64,000 nucleotides of DNA from sequence record MF327009; one strand, given 5' to 3'. The stretch's first letter is position 1; each line of letters starts with the position of its first letter. The translations under genes were made by a program, and so were the position numbers. Positions 50,419-60,233 of the stretch are shown one piece after another. The notes beneath the pieces are model-generated. The model did no database searches, was not told where the DNA came from, and saw only the letters and a program-made list of their open reading frames with translations. This DNA is from Shigella phage Sf25.

Positions 50419-50733
50419 CTAAAAGAAACTTCTTTCACAATTTTTTCCACTGAACCATGCACTTACCGCTTTCTTAGTCTCAGGAGCAGTGTTATCCATA
50501 AACCATTCAAAGGCAGCCTTTTTATGATTCTGGAGGGCTTCTCGGGCTTTAATCTGCTCACGGTCTATTAACACTAACATATGAGCCTTTCTTGTCACCA
50601 TGGGCTTCTTATGATTTTTTGAATACTCCCAGTCATTTGTCCATCGCATTGTCGTTGCGAACTGAAATACTGCTTCTTTAATTTTAGTTTCGTAAATTTC
50701 ACGAGCCTTTGAGTATAACATCATTACCTCCAT
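50419..50733 (-). CDS. hypothetical protein
   Basis: ORF track. Confidence 0.4.
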   Translation of the reverse strand: MEVMMLYSKAREIYETKIKEAVFQFATTMRWTNDWEYSKNHKKPMVTRKAHMLVLIDREQIKAREALQNHKKAAFEWFMDNTAPETKKAVSAWFSGKNCERSFF

Positions 50734-50822
50734 TCACCGGTTTAATTCTAGTCATCTTTTTAATGGCAGTCCATATAATCTATTTCTGAACTGCCTTTTT
50801 GTCATAGAAGTCCTCTTATGAA

Positions 50823-51857
50823 TTATTTCAGAAGAGTAACCTCAGCAATTTCTTCCCAACCGTTTTTGTCGGTCATAATAAAGTCAGCAAGATAAAGAGC
50901 AGTACGCAGTGAAACATTGCGTAAACGATTAACATTAACTTTCATCCATGATAATGCTTTATAAGTTTCTTCATCAGAAAGACCGCGCTTTTGCATCATG
51001 TCAGTTGAAAGAATAACATCTTCAACCCTGACCATAATTTCTTCATTAGTGTGAACACCCAAATCTAAATAAACCGAGCGGGACACTAATGCTTGTAAAT
51101 GTGGAGCAAGTTTAGTACCACGGTCTAATTCGCGGTCAATGTCAACGTTTGTGATAAAAACAATCGTTCCTTTAAATTCAAACTCACGCTCAATGCCTTT
51201 TTCTTCTAAGTAAGAAGACGCAGTGCTCCAGCAGACTTTACGGGTCTCTCCAGTGTCCAGAGCGGCTTTTAGAAGATTAAGAATGTCCATATCAGAGAAA
51301 ACATCCACATCATCAATCAAAAGGACAGAATTCTCTTCACGATTATTCCAAAGCTGTTCATAAAGACCGATACCAGAGATTTTACCATTAATGCTTTTAT
51401 ATTCAATGTATCCAATATCATTTGCTTTATTTAAAGCTTTATCTAAAGAATACGTTTTACCAATACCTGCTGCACCAGAGATAATTAATGAACGAATGTT
51501 TCCGTTAATAATACCATTCGTCATCATTCCCATAACATTAAATCTTTTATTAATGCGGGTTTTCATATCTTCATACGATTCTTTAACTTCTTCAACTTTT
51601 ACACCATCATATGAAATGTCTGATTTGTAAACCCAAACACCGCGACGCTTACCGTCAATTTCAACAAAAACTTTACCATCTCCTTGCGCATCTACTGGAG
51701 CATTATCAGGGAACCACTCACCTAAGAGTTCAAAAGTTCCAGAGATTTCTTTGCCAAAGTAGATACCCTTATTGATAGTTACAGTTTTCATTTTATTCTC
51801 CAAATCCGCATCAGTTGATAGTTGTATAGTACCATAAAGCTTTATGCTTGTAAACAA
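50823..51857 (-). CDS. AAA+/P-loop ATPase
   Basis: Walker A GAAGIGKT, Walker B LLIDDVD. Confidence 0.55.
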   Translation of the reverse strand: MFTSIKLYGTIQLSTDADLENKMKTVTINKGIYFGKEISGTFELLGEWFPDNAPVDAQGDGKVFVEIDGKRRGVWVYKSDISYDGVKVEEVKESYEDMKTRINKRFNVMGMMTNGIINGNIRSLIISGAAGIGKTYSLDKALNKANDIGYIEYKSINGKISGIGLYEQLWNNREENSVLLIDDVDVFSDMDILNLLKAALDTGETRKVCWSTASSYLEEKGIEREFEFKGTIVFITNVDIDRELDRGTKLAPHLQALVSRSVYLDLGVHTNEEIMVRVEDVILSTDMMQKRGLSDEETYKALSWMKVNVNRLRNVSLRTALYLADFIMTDKNGWEEIAEVTLLK

Positions 51858-51879
51858 CTTTGTGAAAAAATTTTGAAAT

Positions 51880-51904
51880 AAAAAAGGGAGCCCGAAGGCT
51901 CCCT
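51880..51904 (-). terminator. strong intrinsic terminator
   Basis: Minus-strand hairpin GGGAGCC-TTCG-GGCTCCC followed by TTTTTTATTT. Confidence 0.7.
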
Positions 51905-51905
51905 A

Positions 51906-52919
51906 TCATTTATAATAACTTCGGTGGTTTTCAAGATAAACCCTCTCAAGGAAGTCATCCCAAAAACTCATGTCTACTTTTTGCTGCATACCGTTCTTAG
52001 AAGCTTCAGTAGATGCTGCTTCTACTTGATCGACCACATCTTCCAAAAACTCTTGAACTGTTTTAAATGGATGTTTACCCAACTTCACGTCGAGAATAAA
52101 TGGAGCATCTTGGAGTGGATAGACTAAGTCACCAGTTTTGTAAATTTCCAATAGTTGAAGTCCACCACGACAGGCATGGCTCAGAGCTTTCCAGTCAATG
52201 CCCTCATTCGCTTCAGCCTTACGAGCACGTTCGCCGTATTCAGCATCAAGTTTATTCAAAGACTGCTTAAGCTCAATAAGAGAAAGTGTTGTCTGATATT
52301 TACGACCCAACACAGTATAGAACGTTTGCGGCCCTGTTTTCTCATGATTATGGAATACCCATTCGCAGAATTCGTTTTCTGGAAGACGATGCTTAATATC
52401 TTCAACTTTAGTACGACGCTGCTTAATAGAACCATCTTCTTGGTAATCAATCCACTGCTCAGGAATTTGATTAACTACTTTCAATACATCACGTAATGCA
52501 GCCAAACGAGAACCCTTGACACCGTATTTAGAAGCTTGCTTGCGAACATATCCTAAATAGGATTTCATGTTAGTCGTATAAAAACGAGAACGGTTGTCTT
52601 GAATAAACTTCCACACATCAGGCAAATCAGATTTAACCACTAGTTCAGGTGGAGTGTGAAGCATATCCAACGCTACAGTTTCACCATCTGCTGCTAATTT
52701 AAAGAAATATTTAAGACTGTATAGTTCATGGTCAATATCATCTTTAGTGTTTTTAGATGATGTATTGTTGGTATTTTTACTCATATGCTCTTTAACATTT
52801 CCGATAAGAATATCACGAGCAGGAGGAACAAAGATTTCTTTAAAATCTACATCAGATTCTGGGGTAGAAGTTCCATAAAGATGACTACCAAAATAGCTTT
52901 TCATTACTGTTTTCATCAT
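51906..52919 (-). CDS. predicted pol-beta-superfamily nucleotidyltransferase
   Basis: N-terminal GS...YG...DxD motif (FGSHLYGTSTPESDVDF). Confidence 0.5.
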   Translation of the reverse strand: MMKTVMKSYFGSHLYGTSTPESDVDFKEIFVPPARDILIGNVKEHMSKNTNNTSSKNTKDDIDHELYSLKYFFKLAADGETVALDMLHTPPELVVKSDLPDVWKFIQDNRSRFYTTNMKSYLGYVRKQASKYGVKGSRLAALRDVLKVVNQIPEQWIDYQEDGSIKQRRTKVEDIKHRLPENEFCEWVFHNHEKTGPQTFYTVLGRKYQTTLSLIELKQSLNKLDAEYGERARKAEANEGIDWKALSHACRGGLQLLEIYKTGDLVYPLQDAPFILDVKLGKHPFKTVQEFLEDVVDQVEAASTEASKNGMQQKVDMSFWDDFLERVYLENHRSYYK

Positions 52920-53377
52920 TCAGCCTTATATTCAATAACAGGACATACTTTAGCTTTACGCGCTTTTAAAAATTCGACGATAATAGATTTCTTGGGTTGA
53001 ATAGGAGGTAAACCTTTATACGCTCTATCAATATTTTCTACATGTAAAGCATAATCCTTTTTCCATTTATAATCTTTATATTTTTCATGCAGTTGTGCAG
53101 GAATAACAAATGAACCAATAATAAGTAAAACAAGCAAAATGGCAAGTATAAATGCTGATGGAATAAGAGTCCATAAACTACCAAAAATAAGCCATTTCTG
53201 TATGATTTCTGCACAGATAATAGTTAGACCTGTGAGTATAGTACATCCGAAAAAAGAAACGAAAAATGTAGGGATAACAATAGACCAAAAGTATGCACAC
53301 AGTGTCTTAGGTCGTTTCCATTCATCATTAAACAGTTTGAATAATTTATAGTGCCAAGAGTTTTCATTAATAATCAT
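52916..53377 (-). CDS. membrane protein
   Basis: Multiple hydrophobic helices. Confidence 0.45.
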   Translation of the reverse strand: MIINENSWHYKLFKLFNDEWKRPKTLCAYFWSIVIPTFFVSFFGCTILTGLTIICAEIIQKWLIFGSLWTLIPSAFILAILLVLLIIGSFVIPAQLHEKYKDYKWKKDYALHVENIDRAYKGLPPIQPKKSIIVEFLKARKAKVCPVIEYKAE

Positions 53378-53379
53378 AA

Positions 53380-53901
53380 TTATCCTTTCATTGAAGGTGT
53401 AACAGTTGTTAAATACTTAATCATAGCTTCAGCTTCTGATTTTGATAATGAAATTTCTCCATTGTTTTGACGAATAGAAATAAAATCCGGATGACGGTCA
53501 CCACCAGCTTTTAAAACACACATATAAGTATCAGTTTCATCTTCAATATCTGAAATGATTGAAGCAGTTCCACATGAATGTGGTTTTTGATAAATCAATG
53601 CAGCTTTTCTTCCACCGTTTGACTGTTCATAAACTTTTAACACATCAAACAAATCGCTTCTTTTATCAATAGCTAAGATGTTGTTTTCATCTTCAATGTT
53701 AAATCCTTCGGATACTTCATAAAGTGTCACCCATAAATCACCTATATCGATAGTAGCATTTCCTTTTCCACGACTTTCAAGAATATGACAAATTTTCTTG
53801 ATTTCGTCATAACTCATTTTAATAATATCATCTCCTTGAATAAGGAAGATGTCATTTTTAAATTCAACACGAATTAAACCACTTCCACTTGAAATAAACA
53901 T
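53380..53901 (-). CDS. hypothetical protein, paralog of next ORF
   Basis: C-terminal block ISLSKSEAEAMIKYLTTVTPSM resembles TFTKDEAIALKTYLDSVIPTM of 53908..54465. Confidence 0.45.
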   Translation of the reverse strand: MFISSGSGLIRVEFKNDIFLIQGDDIIKMSYDEIKKICHILESRGKGNATIDIGDLWVTLYEVSEGFNIEDENNILAIDKRSDLFDVLKVYEQSNGGRKAALIYQKPHSCGTASIISDIEDETDTYMCVLKAGGDRHPDFISIRQNNGEISLSKSEAEAMIKYLTTVTPSMKG

Positions 53902-53907
53902 ATTTCC

Positions 53908-54465
53908 TCACTTTGAAATCATAGTTGGAATGACAGAATCAAGATAAGTCTTTAGCGCAATAGCTTCGTCTTTGGTAAATGTGACAATATGCGATCGAAA
54001 ATCATCAATTTGACGAATAGTTAAGACATCACCATCTTCATAGCATTTTGATACGTTTAAAACAGTTTCATCATTCTGATTGCAAGCGTTAGTAATAATA
54101 GCATTGCAATTTTTGAGCCATTTTAAACTATGTTTTCTTTCATTAGAATAATAAAAATATTTAATCTTATCTATAAAACTATCCCAATGGATAACTGATA
54201 AACACATTGACTCACTTTTAATATTAAATCCTGGGCATGAAGAATAAAAATGAATTTTGTGCTCATCATTGATGCTTACTATTTTATCAGTATAAGGATA
54301 TTCAATTTGGGTTAAATGAATGATTTCGCTAGGAGTAAAATATAGCATATCATCTTCTTGCGTCAAACGATACATATTATTTACTTTTTCTATAGCCAAT
54401 TCGCCAAAAAGCGGACTAACTTCTAATACTAATCGTTTCATATTGATTCTCTTCGACTCACTCAC
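53908..54465 (-). CDS. hypothetical protein, paralog of previous ORF
   Basis: Shared C-terminal block. Confidence 0.45.
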   Translation of the reverse strand: MSESKRINMKRLVLEVSPLFGELAIEKVNNMYRLTQEDDMLYFTPSEIIHLTQIEYPYTDKIVSINDEHKIHFYSSCPGFNIKSESMCLSVIHWDSFIDKIKYFYYSNERKHSLKWLKNCNAIITNACNQNDETVLNVSKCYEDGDVLTIRQIDDFRSHIVTFTKDEAIALKTYLDSVIPTMISK

Positions 54466-54795
54466 AATTACATACTCCTTTGAATAATATCAATAATGTT
54501 GTTCACCAAATTATACGTAAACATTGGGTAATTATATTGAATCATCACATACACAACAAACAAAACTTTCATTCTCTTCTCCTTAGCAGTTGACAAGATT
54601 ACTATACCATAACCTTGCCAACTTGTAAACCATTAAATGACGTTTTCAATAAAATTCTGAAGCTTTGTGTGAGCATCAACCATGATTTTCATTTCTTCCT
54701 TTGCGAAAGCTGTACCTCTTTCCCTAGCAGAATACTCATAATCAGAAACTGCATTAGCATATTCTTCAATTAGCTTCATTAAAAACATCTGCTTT

Positions 54796-54990
54796 TCAGT
54801 TTTCATTATTCCACCTAATCATTTCAAGATATTGAACTAACTTAGCTTTGGATTTATCCAAATCTCTTTTAGCTGCTTCTATACCATCGTATGAGTATCC
54901 TTCACAATGCTCAACTGCCAATTGGTATGAATCTATTTCAATATCACGTGCTAATTTAATGATTTTTTCAAACTGTTCGCGTGTTAACAT
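54796..54990 (-). CDS. hypothetical protein
   Basis: ORF track. Confidence 0.35.
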   Translation of the reverse strand: MLTREQFEKIIKLARDIEIDSYQLAVEHCEGYSYDGIEAAKRDLDKSKAKLVQYLEMIRWNNEN

Positions 54991-54992
54991 AC

Positions 54993-55211
54993 TTAAACTC
55001 TCGTATTATGATCGATAATTTCATCAAGAAACATATCTAAAGCTTCTAAAGCATTATCAACTTTAGCTTCAAATTCTTCAATACCTGATAAGGCAAAGTT
55101 AACGCGTTCCTCATCTGCTTTGCGAATTAAAGCTACCAATTCTTTAATTTTATCTGCTTGTTCGATACTAATCATTATTCCACCACATATGAAAGAGAGA
55201 ATATTGCACAC
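54993..55211 (-). CDS. hypothetical protein
   Basis: ORF track. Confidence 0.35.
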   Translation of the reverse strand: MCNILSFICGGIMISIEQADKIKELVALIRKADEERVNFALSGIEEFEAKVDNALEALDMFLDEIIDHNTRV

Positions 55212-55363
55212 GCCATGTGAGTTGCAACTTCATCACACATATTATAACGTTTCTTAAGAAATTCTACAAGTTCTTCACTAGTAACTTCATCCATGTCGAC
55301 GAAAAAATCACCATTAATGATGACGTAGATATTTCCTTCTTGATTGAGTGCTTCAATTTTCAT
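55175..55363 (-). CDS. hypothetical protein
   Basis: ORF track. Confidence 0.3.
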   Translation of the reverse strand: MKIEALNQEGNIYVIINGDFFVDMDEVTSEELVEFLKKRYNMCDEVATHMACAIFSLSYVVE

Positions 55364-55376
55364 GATGTTCTCCTCT

Positions 55377-55700
55377 TTATCCGATAGTTGTATAGTACCA
55401 CAGAATGCTGTTAGATTGGTCTAGTATGTGATCAATCATTTTAATTGTGTCGGTAGGAAGTTTACTGGCATCTGGAATTGAAGGCGTGTATTTTCTACCA
55501 GAATACCCCAAATATTGCTCACCAAATTTATCAATCAAATCTGGCAACTCGGAGAAAATAAAATCGTATGCTTTGTGTCTAGCATAACTTTTAGTTTCAA
55601 AATGCGCAGAATGAAAATAAGCTTGTGCAGCCATTAATAAACCTAAGTATTCATCTGCCTTTGAAGGTTTTCCACTTTGTGAAAAGTCGCTGAATTTCAT
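55377..55700 (-). CDS. hypothetical protein
   Basis: ORF track. Confidence 0.4.
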   Translation of the reverse strand: MKFSDFSQSGKPSKADEYLGLLMAAQAYFHSAHFETKSYARHKAYDFIFSELPDLIDKFGEQYLGYSGRKYTPSIPDASKLPTDTIKMIDHILDQSNSILWYYTTIG

Positions 55701-55990
55701 TCAGTCTCCAATTTAATGTTCATAATTCTAGCGTATGATTGTGCCATCTCCGCGCCTCGCTCTATACATTCAAAATCGGAAGAGCACGGGTCATTTTTAT
55801 AAGTCGTTCGCATAAAACTATAGAACTGTTCAGATGATTCTACGCTTTTATTTTCAAAAAGCATATAAACGTGTCTAATACCAGATTCCATAAATTTATC
55901 AAAATGAGGATCGACATTCGCTTCAATCGGTGGAGATAAAGCAAACGCTAATCCTAGCATGGCAAATAGTGCCGTTGCTTTTAAGGCCAT
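55697..55990 (-). CDS. rI: lysis-inhibition regulator RI (97 aa, secreted)
   Basis: Signal-anchor N-terminus MALKATALFAMLGLAFALSPPIEA, 97 aa, position upstream of tk. Confidence 0.75.
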   Translation of the reverse strand: MALKATALFAMLGLAFALSPPIEANVDPHFDKFMESGIRHVYMLFENKSVESSEQFYSFMRTTYKNDPCSSDFECIERGAEMAQSYARIMNIKLETE

Positions 55991-56002
55991 AAAGGCCTCC
56001 TA

Positions 56003-56215
56003 TCATTTTTGTCCTGTATTTACTTTATGCCGATGCACGGCCTTAACTTTATCAAGGTATTTTTCAAAATTTCGCAATCTAGTATAGTCTGCCGGAGATT
56101 GGTTGAGTGATACTTCTCGACGCAAAGCTGAAATGATATTTCCAACTTCCCTACGAATTTCATCTAATTGAAGAACAGTAAGATTGCGAAGTTGCTTTTC
56201 AGTTAATTGTAGCAT
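56003..56215 (-). CDS. hypothetical protein
   Basis: ORF track. Confidence 0.4.
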
Positions 56216-56257
56216 ATATACCCCTTTAGTTAGATAAACCTATTTATAACTTTTGCA

Positions 56258-56839
56258 CTAACCGAGCTTTTTAGTTAATTCATTCCAATGTTTTCTGCAC
56301 AAAGAAACATAAATTTCATCACCAATACAGATTTGATTACCTTCTTTAACTGGTGTTCCATCTTCCATTAATCGAGCTGTCATAATAGCTTTTTTACCAC
56401 AATGACAAACTGCTTTTAGTTCAATAAGTTTATCTGCAATCGCCAAAAGTTCTTTAGAACCTTCAAATAATTTTCCAGCGAAATCAGTCCTTAGTCCATA
56501 AGCCATAACAGGAACATTATATGTATCAACAATTCGGCTTAATTGATGCACCTGTTCAGTTTTTAAAAACTGAGCTTCATCTACAAATACACAATGAATA
56601 TCTTTTTGTGCTTCAGCCCATTTATAGAACTCAAAAATATCCATATCATCCGTAATAATATTCGCTTCCTGCTTAATTCCAATGCGAGAAACGACTTCAC
56701 AGACAGAATCGCGAGTATCAATAGCAGGTTTAAGAACTAATACACCCATTCCGCGTTCTTTATAATTATGCGCAGCAGTCAAAAGAGAAGCAGATTTTCC
56801 AGCATTCATTGCTGCATAAGTAAAAATTAAACTCGCCAT
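56258..56839 (-). CDS. tk: thymidine kinase, 193 aa
   Basis: Walker A NAGKSASL, C-terminal zinc ribbon CHCG...C..H; T4 Tk length. Confidence 0.9.
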   Translation of the reverse strand: MASLIFTYAAMNAGKSASLLTAAHNYKERGMGVLVLKPAIDTRDSVCEVVSRIGIKQEANIITDDMDIFEFYKWAEAQKDIHCVFVDEAQFLKTEQVHQLSRIVDTYNVPVMAYGLRTDFAGKLFEGSKELLAIADKLIELKAVCHCGKKAIMTARLMEDGTPVKEGNQICIGDEIYVSLCRKHWNELTKKLG

Positions 56840-56848
56840 ATCACCTTC

Positions 56849-57034
56849 TTAAAGCGTATTCACATAAGCTATTAATTCGTTTTCTTTCTTATCAAACCGG
56901 TCAGCAAATTCTTCTTGCTGTTCGGGAGATAGCGGGCCGTATTCATCATAAAAGGTGTTTGCTTCTGTATGCTCATCTAGAAGTTCATGGATAAGCTCAA
57001 ACAATTTATCTTTTTGTTCTTTGCTTAGGCTCAC
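56849..57034 (-). CDS. hypothetical acidic protein
   Basis: ORF track. Confidence 0.4.
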   Translation of the reverse strand: MSLSKEQKDKLFELIHELLDEHTEANTFYDEYGPLSPEQQEEFADRFDKKENELIAYVNTL

Positions 57035-57203
57035 AGTATGTCAATCCCCAAAAGTTTTAAAATGACTCGTTTCTGATTCATAACCGCTACGATTGAATGA
57101 CCGTTGGGGTCTTTTTGACCTGATCCAATTATAAATCCTTTTTGCGCAGAAAGTTTAATCAAAACATCAAGTTCACGTAATAATTGATATTTTAAATCAT
57201 CAT

Positions 57204-57431
57204 TCATTTTGGTTTACCTTCTTTAACGAAATCAGGATAAGGATAAAATCCTGAATAAAATCCTTCACCTTTATGATTGATGCATCCTTTATTAGAACAA
57301 TAGCACCAATAATCGAAATCACAAGCCATTTCATCGTTGCATAAAGCAAAAACAACCGGCCACTTACACTTTTCACAGTGGGCATTTTTAAGAATACTAG
57401 TTTGGCTCATAACCATGTAACCTTTAAGCAA
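57204..57431 (-). CDS. Cys-rich small protein (putative zinc binding)
   Basis: CEKCKW...CNDEMACDFDYWCYCSNKGC. Confidence 0.4.
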   Translation of the reverse strand: MLKGYMVMSQTSILKNAHCEKCKWPVVFALCNDEMACDFDYWCYCSNKGCINHKGEGFYSGFYPYPDFVKEGKPK

Positions 57432-57619
57432 TATTCTTCTACATGTTGTTTACGACCTTTCTTATCAATAAAGGTATATTCAACGAATGTTCCAATGTAG
57501 TCTTTATCTACATCATGTGGACTATTAATTGGACATTTAGTACGGCAAATGCGTTCCCATTGACGAATAATTACTGCTTTGTTTTTAGGATCAAACGGAT
57601 GTGGGTAATGCACTTTCAT
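57407..57619 (-). CDS. hypothetical protein
   Basis: ORF track. Confidence 0.35.
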   Translation of the reverse strand: MKVHYPHPFDPKNKAVIIRQWERICRTKCPINSPHDVDKDYIGTFVEYTFIDKKGRKQHVEEYCLKVTWL

Positions 57620-58070
57620 AATCCACCGCTATTAAATCAATATCAGGAGTAAACATGTCGATTAATTTAGAAACCTTATCCCAATCGCCGCCAGCAATAC
57701 CACAACCTATGCGTGGAATGTAAATTACCGGTTTAAACAAAAGGGTTTCTGCCTGTAGATTTAATTCTATCATGCAGTTTACTAAAGCACCATAATCAAG
57801 ATTAGGACCTGGTTCGTATTGCGTATACAGGTTATAGCATATACCAAATCCCGTAGGACTATGTTTAAAAACAATAGACATATCGCCTAATTTATCGCGA
57901 GAACCGTACTCAGTAGTGGTTTTATCTATTTCTAAAATTTTGGGATAGGCTCTGGCTAATTGACCCGCTACACCTGAACCCATAGTATGAAAACAATTGC
58001 ACCCGTGCGCAATAATATTACCTTGAAGAAATAGGGCGACAATATCGCCCTTGATATATTTTACAATCAT
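57591..58070 (-). CDS. macro-domain protein (ADP-ribose binding/processing fold)
   Basis: GDIV...IAHGCNCF...GSGVAGQL...IPRIGCGIAGGDW aligns with canonical macro-domain motifs (NAAN / GGGV / GxG). Confidence 0.6.
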   Translation of the reverse strand: MIVKYIKGDIVALFLQGNIIAHGCNCFHTMGSGVAGQLARAYPKILEIDKTTTEYGSRDKLGDMSIVFKHSPTGFGICYNLYTQYEPGPNLDYGALVNCMIELNLQAETLLFKPVIYIPRIGCGIAGGDWDKVSKLIDMFTPDIDLIAVDYESALPTSV

Positions 58071-58408
58071 CTAGTACTCAATCCTCGATTATAAGAATCT
58101 ACCAAACGGTCAACCATTGAATGACAAGCGGCTTTATCTTTTTCCTCCGCAACTGAACATTCTAAGGTATTCCACTTTTTAGCATATCGTTTTAACAATG
58201 TATCATTTTTGTATCTGCTTGATTTATCTCTTTCTCCGTCTTTATATGCATATATTAATTTCTGTGCAAATTCAGCTTGGCATGCTTTATTTTTCCCGCA
58301 ATAATCCGCTGCAGTACGGTTTACATACTCTCTAATTTCAGTATATGATGTATCTGCTAACGCAGAAAATGAAATTAATCCTATACATAAAACCAAAATT
58401 TTAGTCAT
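58067..58408 (-). CDS. small secreted protein
   Basis: N-terminal signal peptide MTKILVLCIGLISFSALA. Confidence 0.4.
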   Translation of the reverse strand: MTKILVLCIGLISFSALADTSYTEIREYVNRTAADYCGKNKACQAEFAQKLIYAYKDGERDKSSRYKNDTLLKRYAKKWNTLECSVAEEKDKAACHSMVDRLVDSYNRGLSTR

Positions 58409-58946
58409 TTACTATTTCCAAAAGTTTATTATTTTTAAGGTAATTAGCCTTTTCTAGGACTTCAGAAGCATATTTAGAACCAGCTTTAACATTCCATCCC
58501 GAATTATAAGAGGATATTGCTTTTCTTATATCGCCCTTATGTATATTTAACCAATAAGAAAGTTCAATGTACGCCCAGGAAGCTGAATTGGACCGTTTAT
58601 TCAACATTCTTTTTATTTCAGCATCGGTCATATTATAACCAAGTTCCTTAACTCTTGCTCGCATAGTAGGCAAATAATTTTGGAACATTCCATAAGCGTG
58701 ATGCTTTGGTTTAGATTTTAAATTAACTCCGCCAGAGCTTTCTTGCCATAAAATAGCAGCCATTATATGACCTAATCCGCTCTTGTGGATATTTTTGTGT
58801 GTTTTATATTTTCCATCCTTAGAAAATTGTTCCCCGAATTGATACGCGTAACGCATGTTATCGAGTTGGACATTACTGAAAGTATGCTCGGAGCTATGTG
58901 CCATCATTGAAATGGCCAATAGACCAGCGAGTAGTGCTTTTCTCAT
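58401..58946 (-). CDS. periplasmic lytic transglycosylase-like protein
   Basis: Signal peptide plus SLT family-1 motifs (ILWQESSGG, YGMFQ, SYNSG). Confidence 0.6.
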   Translation of the reverse strand: MRKALLAGLLAISMMAHSSEHTFSNVQLDNMRYAYQFGEQFSKDGKYKTHKNIHKSGLGHIMAAILWQESSGGVNLKSKPKHHAYGMFQNYLPTMRARVKELGYNMTDAEIKRMLNKRSNSASWAYIELSYWLNIHKGDIRKAISSYNSGWNVKAGSKYASEVLEKANYLKNNKLLEIVND

Positions 58947-58953
58947 GCTTACC

Positions 58954-59415
58954 TCATTGAGTTTTAATTACTGCTTTAGAAGCCTTTCCTGGTAAACGAC
59001 GACTGTTGATAATTGCCATCCTGCATTGAAGTGACGGGTTTTTAAACTTCTCATTAGGCTTACAAACTGTAAATCCAAGCCAAAGATTTCCATCTGTGAT
59101 TTCTAAACGTCCAGGACGATATTCAACCCCATCAATAAAATCCTCGTCAATGTCAGGACGCGGAGGCATACTCAGGAATTCATTAACTTCTAAAACATGG
59201 TCTTTTATTTTATGGAATAATTCAAAAACATATGTCTCATCAATCTCCCGTTGAATTGCACGATCAAGAAGATGCTGAGAATATTTTAGATGAAACGATG
59301 AGACCCCTGCTGCTTTTGATGCCTCACGAATCTCATTGTTAATTTGACGAAACTCCGACTCAAAATGACGACGAAGCTTATTTCGACGGATAAAAACTTC
59401 TGTATTGATAGTCAT
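58954..59415 (-). CDS. regB: RegB site-specific endoribonuclease, 153 aa
   Basis: 153-aa ORF MTINTEVFIRRNKLRRHFESEF... matching T4 RegB length and N-terminus as recalled. Confidence 0.8.
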   Translation of the reverse strand: MTINTEVFIRRNKLRRHFESEFRQINNEIREASKAAGVSSFHLKYSQHLLDRAIQREIDETYVFELFHKIKDHVLEVNEFLSMPPRPDIDEDFIDGVEYRPGRLEITDGNLWLGFTVCKPNEKFKNPSLQCRMAIINSRRLPGKASKAVIKTQ

Positions 59416-59442
59416 GTTATTCTCCTCTTAACTGATAGAAAA

Positions 59443-59471
59443 ATTATACCACAGTCAAGAGGAAAAGTAAA
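59443..59471 (-). promoter_or_regulatory. early-promoter-like site upstream of regB
   Basis: Minus strand reads GTTTAC-N-TGTGGTATAAT. Confidence 0.45.
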
Positions 59472-59474
59472 CAG

Positions 59475-59795
59475 TTATTCTTTAAATCTAATCAATTTAT
59501 TCATAGACTTTGAAACTTCTGCACGAACCTCATGCAAGTTTTTAAGCTGTTCAAGACGCTGTTCATAGTAAGCAATTTCATCTTCTTCGAGACAGTCCTG
59601 TGAATCTTCTTTAAGATAATGTGCATAGTCCTGAAAAGCTTTACGGACTACTTCCTGGAAGTCATCAAGACTTTGAATTTTCTTAGGAGCGGCAGATACA
59701 CGACGAGGTGCAGTATAATACTCATAACCAAACCCTGCACTTAATTGAGCCATTAGTATTTTTCCTCTGGTTGGAACACTGCACGACAAGCCCAC
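59475..59795 (-). CDS. hypothetical protein (vs.3 position)
   Basis: ORF track. Confidence 0.35.
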   Translation of the reverse strand: MGLSCSVPTRGKILMAQLSAGFGYEYYTAPRRVSAAPKKIQSLDDFQEVVRKAFQDYAHYLKEDSQDCLEEDEIAYYEQRLEQLKNLHEVRAEVSKSMNKLIRFKE

Positions 59796-60055
59796 ATACT
59801 GGCTTCTTTGAGTTTCGTTTTAGCAATAGTTAACTGATCGAGGCTTTCAGCATAATTCTTCGCGAGTTCATCGTCTTCACAGCTATCAAATGCTTCCCAA
59901 AATTCATCGTATAAAGCATCAAAGATAAGTCCTAAACGAACTTCAGCGTCTTTAATAGCATTTACTTTACCGATTTTTTCGTCGGTATGTGGCTTATAAC
60001 CTTTAATATCTTCAATCATATTTGACTTCCTCGCCAGTACATAAATCGTATTCAA
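59753..60055 (-). CDS. hypothetical protein (vs.4 position)
   Basis: ORF track; position-based only. Confidence 0.4.
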   Translation of the reverse strand: MNTIYVLARKSNMIEDIKGYKPHTDEKIGKVNAIKDAEVRLGLIFDALYDEFWEAFDSCEDDELAKNYAESLDQLTIAKTKLKEASMWACRAVFQPEEKY

Positions 60056-60233
60056 CTAAACGAATAGGTTCATGAATGCCATATCCTTGAACAGAAATTT
60101 CTGTCGTAGGATAAATTCCATCAATATCACCCATATTCCAGGCTTCATTAAATTGCTGTTCGCCTGAATTACTAAACCACTCGGCGAAAGCATTTAGCAC
60201 ATCTTTAGAACCTTCAATAATTATCTTTGCCAT
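60012..60233 (-). CDS. hypothetical protein
   Basis: ORF track. Confidence 0.35.
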   Translation of the reverse strand: MAKIIIEGSKDVLNAFAEWFSNSGEQQFNEAWNMGDIDGIYPTTEISVQGYGIHEPIRLVEYDLCTGEEVKYD

